A stretch of DNA of 64,000 nt, taken from the NCBI GenBank assembly GCA_000934665.2, contig JYFJ02001649.1, positions 1-64,000 of the forward strand, given 5' to 3'. Numbering within the stretch: the stretch's first letter is position 1; each line of letters begins with the position of its first letter. The notes beneath the pieces were generated by a model, which was not told the origin of the DNA, made no database searches, and saw only the letters and a list, made by a program, of their open reading frames with translations. The translations under genes were made by a program, and so were the position numbers. Positions 23,422-36,100 of the stretch are shown here, piece after piece. This stretch comes from Catajapyx aquilonaris (lineage: Eukaryota).

Positions 23422-26400
23422 ATGAACACGGGCAAGAGGAAAGCCAGGGTCAACCCTACCAGGTACACATACACACGCTTACATCTTCAGTGCCAGATAC
23501 ATTCACAAAGCAAGGCCTATGAAGGGCTGCACTGGGTGGGGGGCGAAGCAGCTCACTGCCCATGCCCTGTGTATTCCGGGGTTAAAGGGAAAGTTGGGAT
23601 CTGCCCAGGGGTTGCTCGCTAGGGTAGTCCGGGTTGTCCGTGTATCGTACACGAAGAATGTAAACCCCTTGGATCTGCCACACTGTCCACTTCACTGCAG
23701 TCTTTATTGATGGGTGGTTGAAGCCTCAGGGTTGCCGTGGTGATGCTCAAACGGTAATTTCACATCAGGATAGGGCTCCATTGCAGGAAGAGGTTCTTTT
23801 TGTTGTGCACGGGATTGTTGCATCAGCTGTTCAATTCAGGAAGTGCACAAGGTAGGGTGGTCAGGATAGTGCATTGCCAGCATTTGGGTGTTGCCATGCA
23901 GTGATTTTTATTTACTCGTACAGGTGTATCAGTTGCGCAAAGACCTTCGGGAGTTGTACCACACTTATTTGACACGGCACCACTTTATTTATCTCGAGTG
24001 ATACAGGAAAAGCAAGTTTCTCGTTTTTTCCACACATGTTCAAGGTTTACTTTTATCTGATCTGTATGGGGGATAAATTGTTACGTTGAAGTGATCAGAG
24101 GAACATTTGGCATTGCTCTTGGAAGCATTCACACTGCATGTTTCATAATTTAGCTCATATCCATGTGTTGGTTGAAATGTTACTCCCACTCCTGCATCAA
24201 GTCGCAAAATGGAACATGTACCCTTCAGGAGCAAATCCCTCCAGGGCACCAGCAGGACTTGCAGGTGTACATGACATATCTGCCAATGCGGATGCAATTT
24301 AAATCATGAAACACGGAACGGACCTATTCTGGGACAGAAATTAAAAAGAAATGCTACTGTTCTAAATAGGAATCATGTTTGTGAAAGTAACTATTGAAGG
24401 AGCAGTTAAATTAGCATTCAGTTTGCCTTTGAATAGAGTAGATTCTTTGTTATAGAATTTTGTAAGGGGCCCGTACGTAGGCCTTCACCTTCAAGTATTT
24501 TGGAATTATTGATTCTATCAATGCACAATTGATGAAACCTGGCGGAAAAGTCTAAAGAATTTTACCCATAACAGATGTTGAAAATGGCATGAGGCTGCAT
24601 GTTACTCATGAATTTCAATTACGGAGCCAATCACATAATCACAATTTAGTTGAGTTGTAAATTTTGTCTGAATTTTGCAGGATGTATGGCAGAATTTTAG
24701 TAGTCGAAAGGTTAAATATCTGGATATACGTATATATCTTAATACCCTATATTCCAGGGTCTTTGTTTCTTATGATTTTTTGTGTGCAAATAGGTGTGCA
24801 GAATCGACTAACAGATGTGTTGAGTATACGGCTGTCCCAAGGGGGAAAAAAGCTCTGCCTGCAAATCCAGTACGGAAGAAAGTTAGGTGCAGACCCTGTA
24901 CACGACCTTCAACTTTACTGTTTAGCGAATAGGCCTTTTTTTTCTTGGGACAGCAGTATATTTCAGGATGTCCTGCTTGATGAACTTGAACAGTTGGTGT
25001 CTGTGTCGCATATATGCTTTATGTGCTCCTGGTTCGCTCCCAACATGACATCTCTTGCTCTCTGATGACTTCAACCCTGCAGCCCCCTATAGCCAGGCAG
25101 TGAGACTAAATGGGGCGCCACACACTGTTCAGCATGTGGTTGGCTAGGAATTAAATGCATGCAATTTGTCCCATTGTCTTGAGTGCAAGGCCTCAGCTGT
25201 AAAAGCACAGGATGGCCAGTATCTGAAGGTGTGGCCTGTTGTGATAGCAAATTATTACACAAGCAAAAGTAACTGTTTATTCCACAATTTATTGCAATGC
25301 AACAGCATCAATAGGAGATTCAGGAGCAGGCAGACCAACAACCACAGTTTTGTAGACACACAAAGATTTTTGGTGTATGCCGTTGGTGGCGGCCAAGAAG
25401 TCGTCATTTCCCCCCAAAATGTGCTCATAACAACCACATTCTGCCCAAAGGGGTAGTCACGCCTAAAAAAAATGTGAACCTGAATTGTGGCTCTCCTTGG
25501 CTCACCAGTGAGTTGCTCTTAATGGAGCCAAGGGGGGCCAAGGAGAGCCACAGAGGACTTGAGGAGAGCTCAGCTGTGAGCAGGGATTCCCTCTGCAAAA
25601 TGCGCCTTTGTTCCTCATCATATGACATAGTTTGCTCACCTAGGCTCTCCTGGCCCTCCCAGCTCACCAGTAAGGGTGTATACACCAGCCTGGTTAACAT
25701 TCTGTAACTCAAATGCATTGAGGAGCATTTAAGTGTTAAACACAATCTTTGAATTAGAGTGGGATTTAATTTTCTGGTAGGCACCATCAGCAGCTTTTAA
25801 AGTGAAACAACAACTTTGAATTCTGTGTTAGTCTTCTGGAATTGATGATCTTTTGACAAATTTGTGTATGATGTGTGGAGTTGAAGCATTTTGCATGACA
25901 CTCACTCCTATTACCTTGAAAATATGTAATTCTGCAGGTTTGAGAAGGCCTTGTCTGACAGTTGTTACATCAGAAATGAAGCAGCTGGTATATGTATTAG
26001 TTACAGACTCCTTTTAAACTGGAGTTTTCATTCTCACACTTTGCATTATGTATACATGGTGATTCAGGAGGCTATGCACAAACTTGAAACAGAAGGGTCA
26101 GAATAGAGCAACATGGAAATAGGACCCCATGTTCTCTGAAGGAACCCTGAGTCAGTACAAGCCTGTGAATGTAAGGATACATTGTGGACATAATAATTGT
26201 ACTATTCAAAGAGGTTTTGGGTTGGTAACAGGATAAATTATTGGAAGTATGCGGGTTCCTATTCCAAAGCTACTGTATATTCTGACCCCTCTGTACTATC
26301 AGTCCAACAAGAATTGTCGCAGCGGCAGCGCACGAACTACAATCTACGTGCACAGGGACACAAGAGACTGAAGTTTGTGCGCTGCCGCTGCGACAATTCT

Positions 26401-29400
26401 TGTTGGACACCAGGCACAATTAGGTTTGTGCGCAACCTTCAAACGTATATATCTATCGACATAAATACAGATCTTATTGTGTTTCATTTTTAGCTCATAA
26501 TTGTGACTGGCCCTCATAGGGAAATGTCACGATATATGTATGTCGATGTGCACACTTATTGTAGATTGATCACGCACTGAACAGCAGCTTCTGTACATAT
26601 GCAAATGTAAAAGCCAACGCATTCTTTTCATACATCATGTACAATGGGCAATCATCTTGTGTTCCATCTGCCTTGAGGCCAAACACACTCATCCTTTTGT
26701 TGAAGATAAACCTATGACACATTCAAGGTGAACTCAAAAACTAGAATAGGTGAATCAGACCTAGTTGCATCACTGAAAGTAGTTTTTTGATTGAGAAGTT
26801 TGCTGTGCTATTGTTGGAAGCAATGTATCGGAATGCATAACAATGATACTAATTACATGCATTGCAGCTTTGCAATGTAATTTTGTTCTTTCGGTGACTG
26901 AAAATTAATACTATCGTACCACTTTAATAGACATTGTGCACTGAATTTTGATATTTCTGCAAGCAGGCTTTCAACAGAGGAAGCTAATATATGTCCTACT
27001 AAATATTGCAAAATTCTCACCCCTTTGGAATTGAATAATGGTGGCCATTTAAATTTTAAAAATCCCTTGAAACATTGTCATGAGAAGTATTAAGTGCTGG
27101 TGAAGGCATTGGAGATAGTTTGTGAGAACTGAGGTTTACATGTCTCCTCACAGGGTGCCTAGAGGCAAAGGATCAGACCGCACCGTTGCTGTAGAGGGTG
27201 TTTACTGCAACAGTCGCTACATGCATGCAGTCACATTGCTCATTGGGCACACCGTCCAGGTCAGTGCATCAAATTATGTTAGTGTTCATATTCAAATGAG
27301 ACCAGAAACTAATAGCACGCCCTGACCAAATCCAGGTGGAGACCCACAACGGGAATGTGTATGAGGGCATATTCCGAACATTCTCACAGCAGTTCGAGGT
27401 GGTGATTGAGATGGCCCACAAGGTGGATCCAAAGGAGCCAGCAAAGCTAAACGTGGAGAGCGTGGTGGAGAAGCTTATAATCAAGGCACATGATATCATC
27501 AACATTCATGCAGCCAATGTGGACCTGGAGTACGCTACCAAGGACGCCTTTCAGACTGATACTGCCATCAGCAAGTTCAACGGGCAGCTGAGCGGGGAAA
27601 AGGAGCTGGAACCATGGGAGGGGCCTTCAGGGGATACAGATGAGCTTGATTTGGACTCGGACAATGCGGTGAGGTTTAGCTTGGAGATATTATGCAGGAA
27701 TTGGGGGGGTACTAGGACTCAGCATATCGACTTGAGTGTGGTTATGAGTCATTCAGGCTGATGGTGAGTAAGTGTGCACGGGTCCAATCTTATCAATCGG
27801 GAAGTCTTTGTTTCATTAGTAATGCTTTAACGCACTTGCTCTTTCTATGTGGTTTCATGGGAAATTTGTCTCCCAGCTTGCATGTTCATGTAGCACATTA
27901 ATTTCCATATGAAAGTGGCAACAAATGGGTTACTAGCTGTCCAAGTTTGATTTATCACATACAAAGTGTAGCCTATTTCACTGACAAGGTTATTTACACT
28001 GGCAGGAAAAGTAGGTCACTGAGGCAGTGCAGTGTTGCCTTGTCTTGTACTCACAATCAGTGTTATAGGTTATGCCTCCCACTTGTTGAGTAGAAAAGGA
28101 CTTGGGCTGAATACAACTTCAAGACCATATGAGAGGTGGATATCTTGAAGAGTTTATCTTGATCAAGCATGCTAATCTAAAATGAGGTGGGTTCTTTACA
28201 GAATGGCTGGGATGTTCACGAGATGTTCCGCAAGAATGAGCAGGTTTATGGTGTGACCTCCACCTTTGAGCCAAGCTTGACAGGGTACACTGTCCCCCTG
28301 CAGAAGAAGGAGACACGGGCCTACAAGTGAGTTCATTGTCGCTACGTTGTGAAACAGCAAATCATATTATGTTGTTTGCTCGTGTTGCAGATGAAGCTAG
28401 GGTAGGCTCTCAATTGTTTAAAACTGCAATGAAGTTGAGTTTGTAAACTGTAGAGTACAGGTATATATTAGAAGAATTTAATATATGCAGATTTTGAACA
28501 CACACATTTGGCATTTATGACAAATTTATGGTTCAATTTTAATGACTCATGTGGCATGGTATGTTTGCAGGGAAGCAGAGGCTATGGCTACTCGCATAGC
28601 CAGTGAGATTGAGAGCAGCCCGGTGTACCGGGCCCGCATTGAAGTGGAGAATGGAGATGAGGAGGAACGCTTCTCTGCTGTCGCTCGCCCAGATGGCAGC
28701 AGTGGAGGTGGCCCTGGGTCAGGTGGTGGTGGTGCCAAGTATGTCCCGCCTAACAAGCGGAACAAGGTGCCTGTAGGAGGGAAGATGGTTCGTCCAACTC
28801 CTCCCCCACCACAGCAGCACATGGCTGCCAAGCCATCACCTCCAACCACGACAGCAGCAAACACTGCTCCATCTCTCCCCCTGCCTCTTCCCACTCCACC
28901 TCACCTGCAGCAGCAACCCACCTCCCGCACCACTCCTCCCCTGCCGCAGCAGCAGAGGACGATGGTGCCTCCAGGGAGCTTAACTGCTGGCCCACCTCCA
29001 GTGCAGCACCACCCTCCATCACACCCACCCCCACACCATCCACCTCCCCAACAACATCCACATCATCCTCCACCACCACAGCACCAGCAGCACCAGCAGC
29101 ACCAGCAGCATCAACAGCACCAGCAGCATCAACAGCACCAGCAGCATCAACAGCACCAGCAGCATCAGCAGCATCAACAGCATCAACAGCATCAGCAACA
29201 TCAGCAGCATCAGCAACATCAACAGCATCCTATGCAACACCACCCACCGCCTACTGGACATGTGTATGTGGGGCATCCTCCTGCCCAAGGAGTCAGCTTG
29301 GGTCCACCCAGGGTCAATGGCGCTGCTCATCATGAGGCCAAAGGTAATCTCTATGCTGTACAGTTATGGCATTATTGGAATATGCGTTGTATCCTGTGGT

Positions 29401-32059
29401 AACCGTTGTTAATATTCTTACTGCCAAAATTATTTGAAAGCTGCTGCTACACATTTTGTAATTGGATTTTGCTAGTGTGGCCAAATATTAATAAGACATG
29501 TTCTTCACATGAGTGGGAAAGTCAAACAAGAACGTGGTCAGTAATAATCAGCTTAGTTTCAAAATATTGCTAACTTCTGTGGGCAGTTGACTTGGATTTC
29601 ATTTTATATTCTAAGCATCCTCCTGCAAGACGCTCTTCTTTGCAACCACATTCTTTTCTGTGACTCCTCCATCCACATCTGTCTTCAGCCCCTGCTTATT
29701 CTCCTCTCGCTTTCATCCAGCCCATTGGTAACTTTTCTCACTTGTCATGTAACTGAATAGCTGTGCCTTATCCCTCTTAATAAGCCCCAACTAAACTCCA
29801 TTAGTTATTGATGTGTGTTGAAAAATGTAGCTTGCTGTGTTTTGTTCAAGCTCTGAGCCATTCGTGTTTGTGTTTCTGCAGAACCGTTGCCCCAGCGTGA
29901 ACCAAGGCATCCAGAGCGCCGAATGCCCCCGCCGTCTTCAGCCCCTCCCCAACAACCTGCCCCACCCCTGCAGGTTGAAAAGGACAAGCCTGTTCCTGTG
30001 TCGGCCCCCACATCTGTACCACCCCCAAGCTCAGCCCCTACCCAATCACTCCCGCCAAAGCGCAACCCAAAGACCCGCGAGGAAAAAATATCGAACCTTA
30101 AGGAGTTTGGCCAGGAATTTAACCTTACAGATGGCCTCGAAGATAAAAAGAGGGCACCTTCGCAACATCCTCCTCCTCCACAGCATCCACCGCCTCCCCA
30201 ACACCCACCACCACCACAGCACCCACCGCCACAGCATCCTCCTCAGCACATGATGCCCCACCTGCAGATGCATCACCCTCCACCACCGGTCCCACCTCCT
30301 GCGCCTGTGGAAGACACTGAGATGGACAAGGTGGCAAATACCTTGAAGAAATCCAACTTGAACCCCAATGCGAAGGAGTTTGTGCTCAATCCAAATGCAA
30401 AGACTTTCACCCCTCGCTCCCCCTCCACTCCAACTCCCCCGCGTCCTCACACTCCACAGACCCCACAGTTGATGCCGCCACCTGCTCCCCCAACTGGCAT
30501 GCAGGTGATGTCTTCAGTGATCCCAACCTATGTGGTGACCACAGCGCAGCCTCCGTTCACCAATAACCAGGGTGGGAGGTACCGGAAGATGGGTGCAATG
30601 CCTCTCCCATTGCCCCACAGGCCAGATCTTGCCTCATCAATGCAGGTTGCTGCTGCCACGGGCCAGCCTTTGCTGACACAGCCCACCATGCCGCAGTTCC
30701 CTGTGCCCTATGCACCGCAGGGGACCATCATTCACCATGGGGCACCCCAGCACTACCACCCCATGATGAGGATGGTCACCCCGCAGGGAAACCTCGTACC
30801 TGTTGTGCCCGGCTCTATGCAGTATCACGAAGCTGTTGCTGCTCAGCAACACTTGACGCAGGTAGGGCTATTATGGTATCCCTCCAGCCAGCCAGTTTGT
30901 GAATATTGATTTTGGCATCTACCTACCTGCTGACAGCGATATTGCATGGAAGTTGATTCTACCTATGAACTCCTCCTGCCTGTGAACCGCATGTTTTGAG
31001 ATGCCTCTATTTTGCTGTGAATAAAGGTGCTAATTGTTGCTGATTTTTGGTTCTAGGTGTACATGAGCAATCCCCAGGTTCCCCAGCACCCACCTCCCCA
31101 GAATGCTCCCTCACCAGCCCAGAGCCACCCCTCCCAACCACCTACTCCGGTGAGCGGAGGGGGCTCGTCAGGTCCTCCACCACCTCCCCCACAGATCCAG
31201 CACCATCCCCACCACCCCCACGCCCACCACCCACACCACCAGCCCCCTCCTACTCCACCCCACCTCCACCACCACCAACCGCCCCCTCCCCAACAACAAA
31301 ACCAGCAGTCGCAGCACTCCCAGTCCCAGTACCCACCTCCTCCCCAACCTCCCAGCAGCCAAGGCAGCACACACAATGCGGCAGCCGCGGTGGCTGCAGC
31401 AGCCGCTGCAGCTGCGTATCCTCCCATGGTGTTCATGCCCCCGCAGCAGCTGCCACCTGGCTCGCAAATTCTTCAGCACTCCCTGCCCATGTCCCTGTCC
31501 ACCTCTGGAGGGATTACTTCCATGACCATGACTGTGCCGCATCTGCAGTACATGCACCACACACAAGGTGAGGATTAATAATAATCAGTGTCACTTGATA
31601 TTCCACAGCAGGCTGACTGGAAATGCACAGCCGTGTTTGACACAGTCAAACCTGTTAATAATGGAATTTTACGAGACCGTGAAATTGTCATGTTGTGGAC
31701 AAGTTCCCACTATATTTGATACGGTAATTTCACGAATTCATATCATGTGCGTTTGCCCGTTCCCAGAAAAAATTACACTATGGACAGGTTTCGCTGTATG
31801 TGTTGGTACAGTGTTGTTAATCGCGCCGTACTGCTAGCGACATTTTCCGAAGGGGCATAAGAACGAATCTTGCTCACACGGCTTGCACTATTCGTTGCTT
31901 CAATTCGTTCTTCTGCCGCTTCGGAAAATGTCGCTAGCAATACGACGGGATCAATGTCCAATGCTGTACTTTGTGGTACCATGTATTCTAAACATGTTCC
32001 TCATTTCAGCAGCGCAGCATCCACACTTAGCAACGGCAGTGATGCCACATAGTCAATGA
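23422..32059 (+). CDS. ATXN2: Ataxin-2 homolog (LSm, LSmAD, PAM2, P/Q/H-rich disordered regions), about 972 aa
   Basis: Exons 23422-23462, 27154-27259, 27336-27668, 28202-28326, 28571-29343, 29882-30861, 31057-31567, 32010-32059; 2919 nt in frame. LSm [12 protein letters not shown] and FQTDTAIS; LSm[24 protein letters not shown] and [22 protein letters not shown]2 [10 protein letters not shown]. The last exon is less certain; read-through gives GED* at 31578. Confidence 0.93.
24880..25200 (-). mobile_element. Highly degenerate non-LTR retrotransposon fragment (CRE-like zinc-knuckle/RLE region)
   Basis: Stop-interrupted minus-strand translations [12 protein letters not shown]...HVGSEP and [25 protein letters not shown] resemble CRE-clade C-terminal motifs. 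Recognised from memory only. Confidence 0.3.
26296..26409. mobile_element. Hairpin MITE, same family as 40405-40546
   Basis: CTATCAGTCCAACAAGAATTGTCGCAGCGGCAGCGCACGAACT ... AGTTTGTGCGCTGCCGCTGCGACAATTCTTGTTGGAC. Confidence 0.7.
29082..29228 (+). repeat. Coding (His-Gln-Gln)16 repeat in Ataxin-2
   Basis: 9-bp units CACCAGCAG, CATCAACAG and CATCAGCAG/CATCAGCAA. Confidence 0.9.
31832..31940. repeat. Inverted repeat in the last Ataxin-2 intron
   Basis: TGCTAGCGACATTTTCCGAAG ... CTTCGGAAAATGTCGCTAGCA. Confidence 0.65.
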
Positions 32060-33137
32060 AATGGGAGCTAGTTAACAATAAAGGAGAACTTGGGAGGAGG
32101 TCTCTTCGCCAAATCTTTGCAGCAGGGAAGTGGTCTGGGTCGGGCAAGTGGGCAGCAGAGGGTAGGTGCAATTTACTAGGGTGGGCAGTCCCTTTCCTCC
32201 CCATCAATCTCATGCGAAAAGCAACTAACTTTAAAACCAAAATGTGTGTAGGTGGGCGTGTTTCTTTTCGTACTCTTTTTTAAATGTGTGAGTCAAGCTG
32301 TTTGCAGACAAAACTCAGGATGAAATACATACACCACACATGCCTTGTTTGGGAGAGATTCGCAAGTGATCGAGGCGATGCTCAACATAATAAGGGGTTT
32401 AGGCTCATTGTTTCCTCCTCGTTAGCCACTTCAGTTTTTTTCCAGGTGGCAGCCAATAACAAGGCGAGAGCCACACAATTCACTTGGATGCAAAATGACT
32501 TCTTGTTGTCGTTAGGCTAAGAAAGAAAAGAAGAAGAAGAAAAAAAAAACGAATTGCAACTGATAGCAATAGTTGATCTTCTCTCGTACACTTTGCTGTT
32601 AGGCCCCCCCCCCCTCCTTCCTTGATGAGTCCTCCAGTTAGGCTTTTAAAAATCCTTGTGGCCTTAAATGAAGTGTAGCATTTTTTTAAATGGTGTGTTT
32701 TGGGAGAGGGGGAGGCTAAAAAAAAGTGGGAGAGAAATGGCCAGGCAATAATATTACAGGGAGGGACTGCCCTGGGGTTGTGATGCAAATTTCCTCCTTT
32801 GGTGGAAAACCGAAACCCCCCTACCCCCCACCCCACCCTTCCACTTTTCCTACTCCCCACAGCTCTCCATCCCACACTCCACTGCCCTCCTGTGAACGAT
32901 AATGGCGAATTGGGTTTCCTGTTGTGAAAGAAAGGAAAACTCTAGACTTGTTGTAGAGTAACCTTTTTTATATGAAAATTGAAAAAAATACATAAAGAAT
33001 GAAAAATCTAAAAAAAAAGTAAAAAAGAATAAAAACCTTAAAAACATTGAATTCTGCAGCCATTTTATTGCTCCCATTCAAGCAATACACTTATATTTCA
33101 GGGGTTTGTATGGCATTGTTATGTATAAAGTTCAATG

Positions 33138-36100
33138 CTACATATGTAGAGAAGTATCAGGTTTGTGATGGTCATCCTGGGACTCTTGTTCTACAGATTT
33201 CTCGACTACGGGTTCCGAGATGTGCGATAAGCCTATAGCCCTCAAGTTCTCTACTGCATTCTCAACATGCGGCTGTAATAGAAAGAGAAATATCAGTAAT
33301 ATAGAGTAGTAGGCCTATCTAAACCAAAGATCATTATCATAATAGGCAGGTCCTATCTACAAATAATTTACACACTTTATATTAGAATTTGTGAATAATG
33401 AGATATTGAAATTATGAAAGGACGTATGTCATGTGAAAAGAACCAAATACGAGCCTGTGGATAATTGTGTAGTTTTGCTGTCACAAATGTAATTATTGAC
33501 CGTTATGTCAAGGTACCTACCCCAAGTTTGTCTTCTTGAACATGTAGAGATTTGTGCTTGCGGTAGAATGCGCTGTTGCTCATCATGTTTAGGACAATTA
33601 GGTCGCACAAAAAGGGAGTCTGAATGGAGAAAGGAGATCTAGTTAGGTAAGTAAACTAATGATGTACCCGTTCTGCTTTTGTGTTGATTAGTTTCAAGTT
33701 AATTGCATCATATTTGCCTAGCTTTGCAACGGGGAATGTGGAGCAGGGTTTACAACAGACGGGCAAGGACAATGGCTAATCACAGGTGGAGGGTAATACT
33801 GTAACTATTCTGTGGGGTCTCAGCTAGTGTGATTCTTGGCAGATGTCATGAGAATCCAACCAAAGTATGCAACCCAGAGAGTACAGTACTTACGAGCCCA
33901 AGAAGTGCAATACCAGGTCCAAGGTTGAACAGGAGTGACGCCATGTTGAACTTGCCTGCACGTCCCTGGACAGTGATTGTAATCCGGATTCCAAACACTT
34001 TGTGTAGCGTACGCCGACTTAGCTCATGATAATCTGCATACCTGAAGTTGAAGCCTGGTGATGTAGTGGTTAGCGTGTCCAAACGGTTGAAAGTATACTT
34101 GGGCAGGCAGTACTGAATGTCGAAGTCCAAGTTACATTCCCAGTTGATTGTCATTGATATCAATGCACCCTGAAAATTATTGGATTGCATTGGTATGCTA
34201 TGTATGTTGTGGTTGACACATGCTTTTTTTTGAGGTTAGAAACACCGCTGTTTGATTCAGTCCCACCACCACCACCACCACCGCTCTTGCCACCACCTAT
34301 TGCAATGCGGAGAAACACGTAATGAAACATACGCGCAGAGAAATATTGGAGAAGTCCTCGCCTGCTCCAGATATCATGTCACCTAGTTTGAATATGGGGC
34401 AGTAAGGGTGATTCTCCGGGTGATACGTGCACTTTTTGAGGTCTTTGTCATGGCTGTACAGTACATTGTGGTGCTTGTAGGAAGGACCAAATTTAGGGAA
34501 GGAAATGCTGTTCTTGACCATGATTGTGTAATGCTTAGCACCTTCCATTATGGGATGACTACCAAACACTGGTATATCATTCTCCACTGGACACCATGCA
34601 TGGACCTCGCACACATGAATGGAGTCATTCTTCTCACTGGAACTGGGGATGCACCTTCCAGTGGCAGCTCCATTTCCATATGCAAATGTGGCATCCTTCA
34701 CGCAAGTGTTGTTCTCTGGGTTACATCTTGCTTCCTTGACATCCAAAGCCTTACAGCGAGACCAAAAGAGGGATTATGAAACTCGGTACATGGTTAATTC
34801 AAAATTCACTTACTTCAGGACATGTTCCTTGTGTCTGGTTTGGTGTAAGGATCATATTTGTCATGATAAACAATGCTCCATTTTCTGTGGGAGGGATGAC
34901 AAAATCTGCAACATCCCAAACACGATGATAAAGGTGTTGGTACTTCTTGTGAGCCTCGTTGCAAGTGAAATTTGGGCTGTTGTATGTTACTCCCTTCACT
35001 TTTGTTACTACCACACTATCAATGTTTCCATATGACTGGTAACCTTTCTGCCAAATCAGCACATATCTGGAAATAATAACAATAATTCCTTAAAGTGAAA
35101 TTAAACTTTCCCAAGTCAGGAACATTGCCACACAGTTAGGAAATGTGGTCTTGGCCAATAACGTTCCGCAATTAAATGTTACACTTTACTGTTACATTTT
35201 TTCCCCCCTGCAACTAATTCTAATTTGTCTGGGAATTAGAAAAACAAACTAATTTGAGGACGTTGTTAAACTCAGCTGTCAGTATTACACTTTGCAGGTG
35301 AAATGAAGGATGTGAAATTTTCCATGGTAATAACTAATAAGCAAGTGTTGACAGTAATTTCCTGTGAAGGTCAAAATCTAAACCACATTTTGGTTGTTCA
35401 AAATGGTACACCACAGTAGGGAATGATTGATTAAGGTCAACACGAGCTCTTTGACCATCTTGGCTTTGCTTGCAATATGCGATGACCGCTGCTGTTATTC
35501 CTAGTTATTAATAATTTATTAATAATTCTGTTATCATATTAGGCCAGTTATGTATAAATTCGTAGAACGATTGCGTAAATTTATGATTAACCGTTTTATG
35601 GGTAGTGGCAGGGGTGTGAGAGGGTATTGTTCAAGAGAGAAATCATCTTTAATTTGGTTGTACCTTTACAACATGTATGAATTTGATCTTGCCACGCTTT
35701 GTCTATCTTTTTCAATGGAAGCATCCCTTATTTTATTAATTAATGCCGGGTTGCACCGGCTCCCGGAAAATTTATCCGGCCGCTGGATAGTTTGTTATTC
35801 ATTGTTGTCAACAGTTCTGTCAACAATGAATAACAAACTATTCTGGCTCTTCTGCGGCCAGATATATTTTCCGGGAGCCGGTGCAACCCGGCCTAAGTCT
35901 TTTATAAAACCGTTAGTTGTCTATGTTTCCTTCTACCTGTTGCCAATTTTCCCAAGAAATTCCAGCCAGAGAGAGGAAATTTTCGCAGTTCCTTCTCCAG
36001 GGTATATGTGGATTTTATTTTAAGAAGTTGTGAGTAACAGCAAGTATGTTCTCTTCATTTTCTATCGATTATTTTAGAAGAAATGTGATCATATTTAAAT

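Noticed and set aside
22556..23474. Long overlapping minus-strand ORFs (279 and 272 aa)
   Set aside because: Products of the GC-rich, low-complexity Ataxin-2 promoter and 5' UTR; no domain signal.
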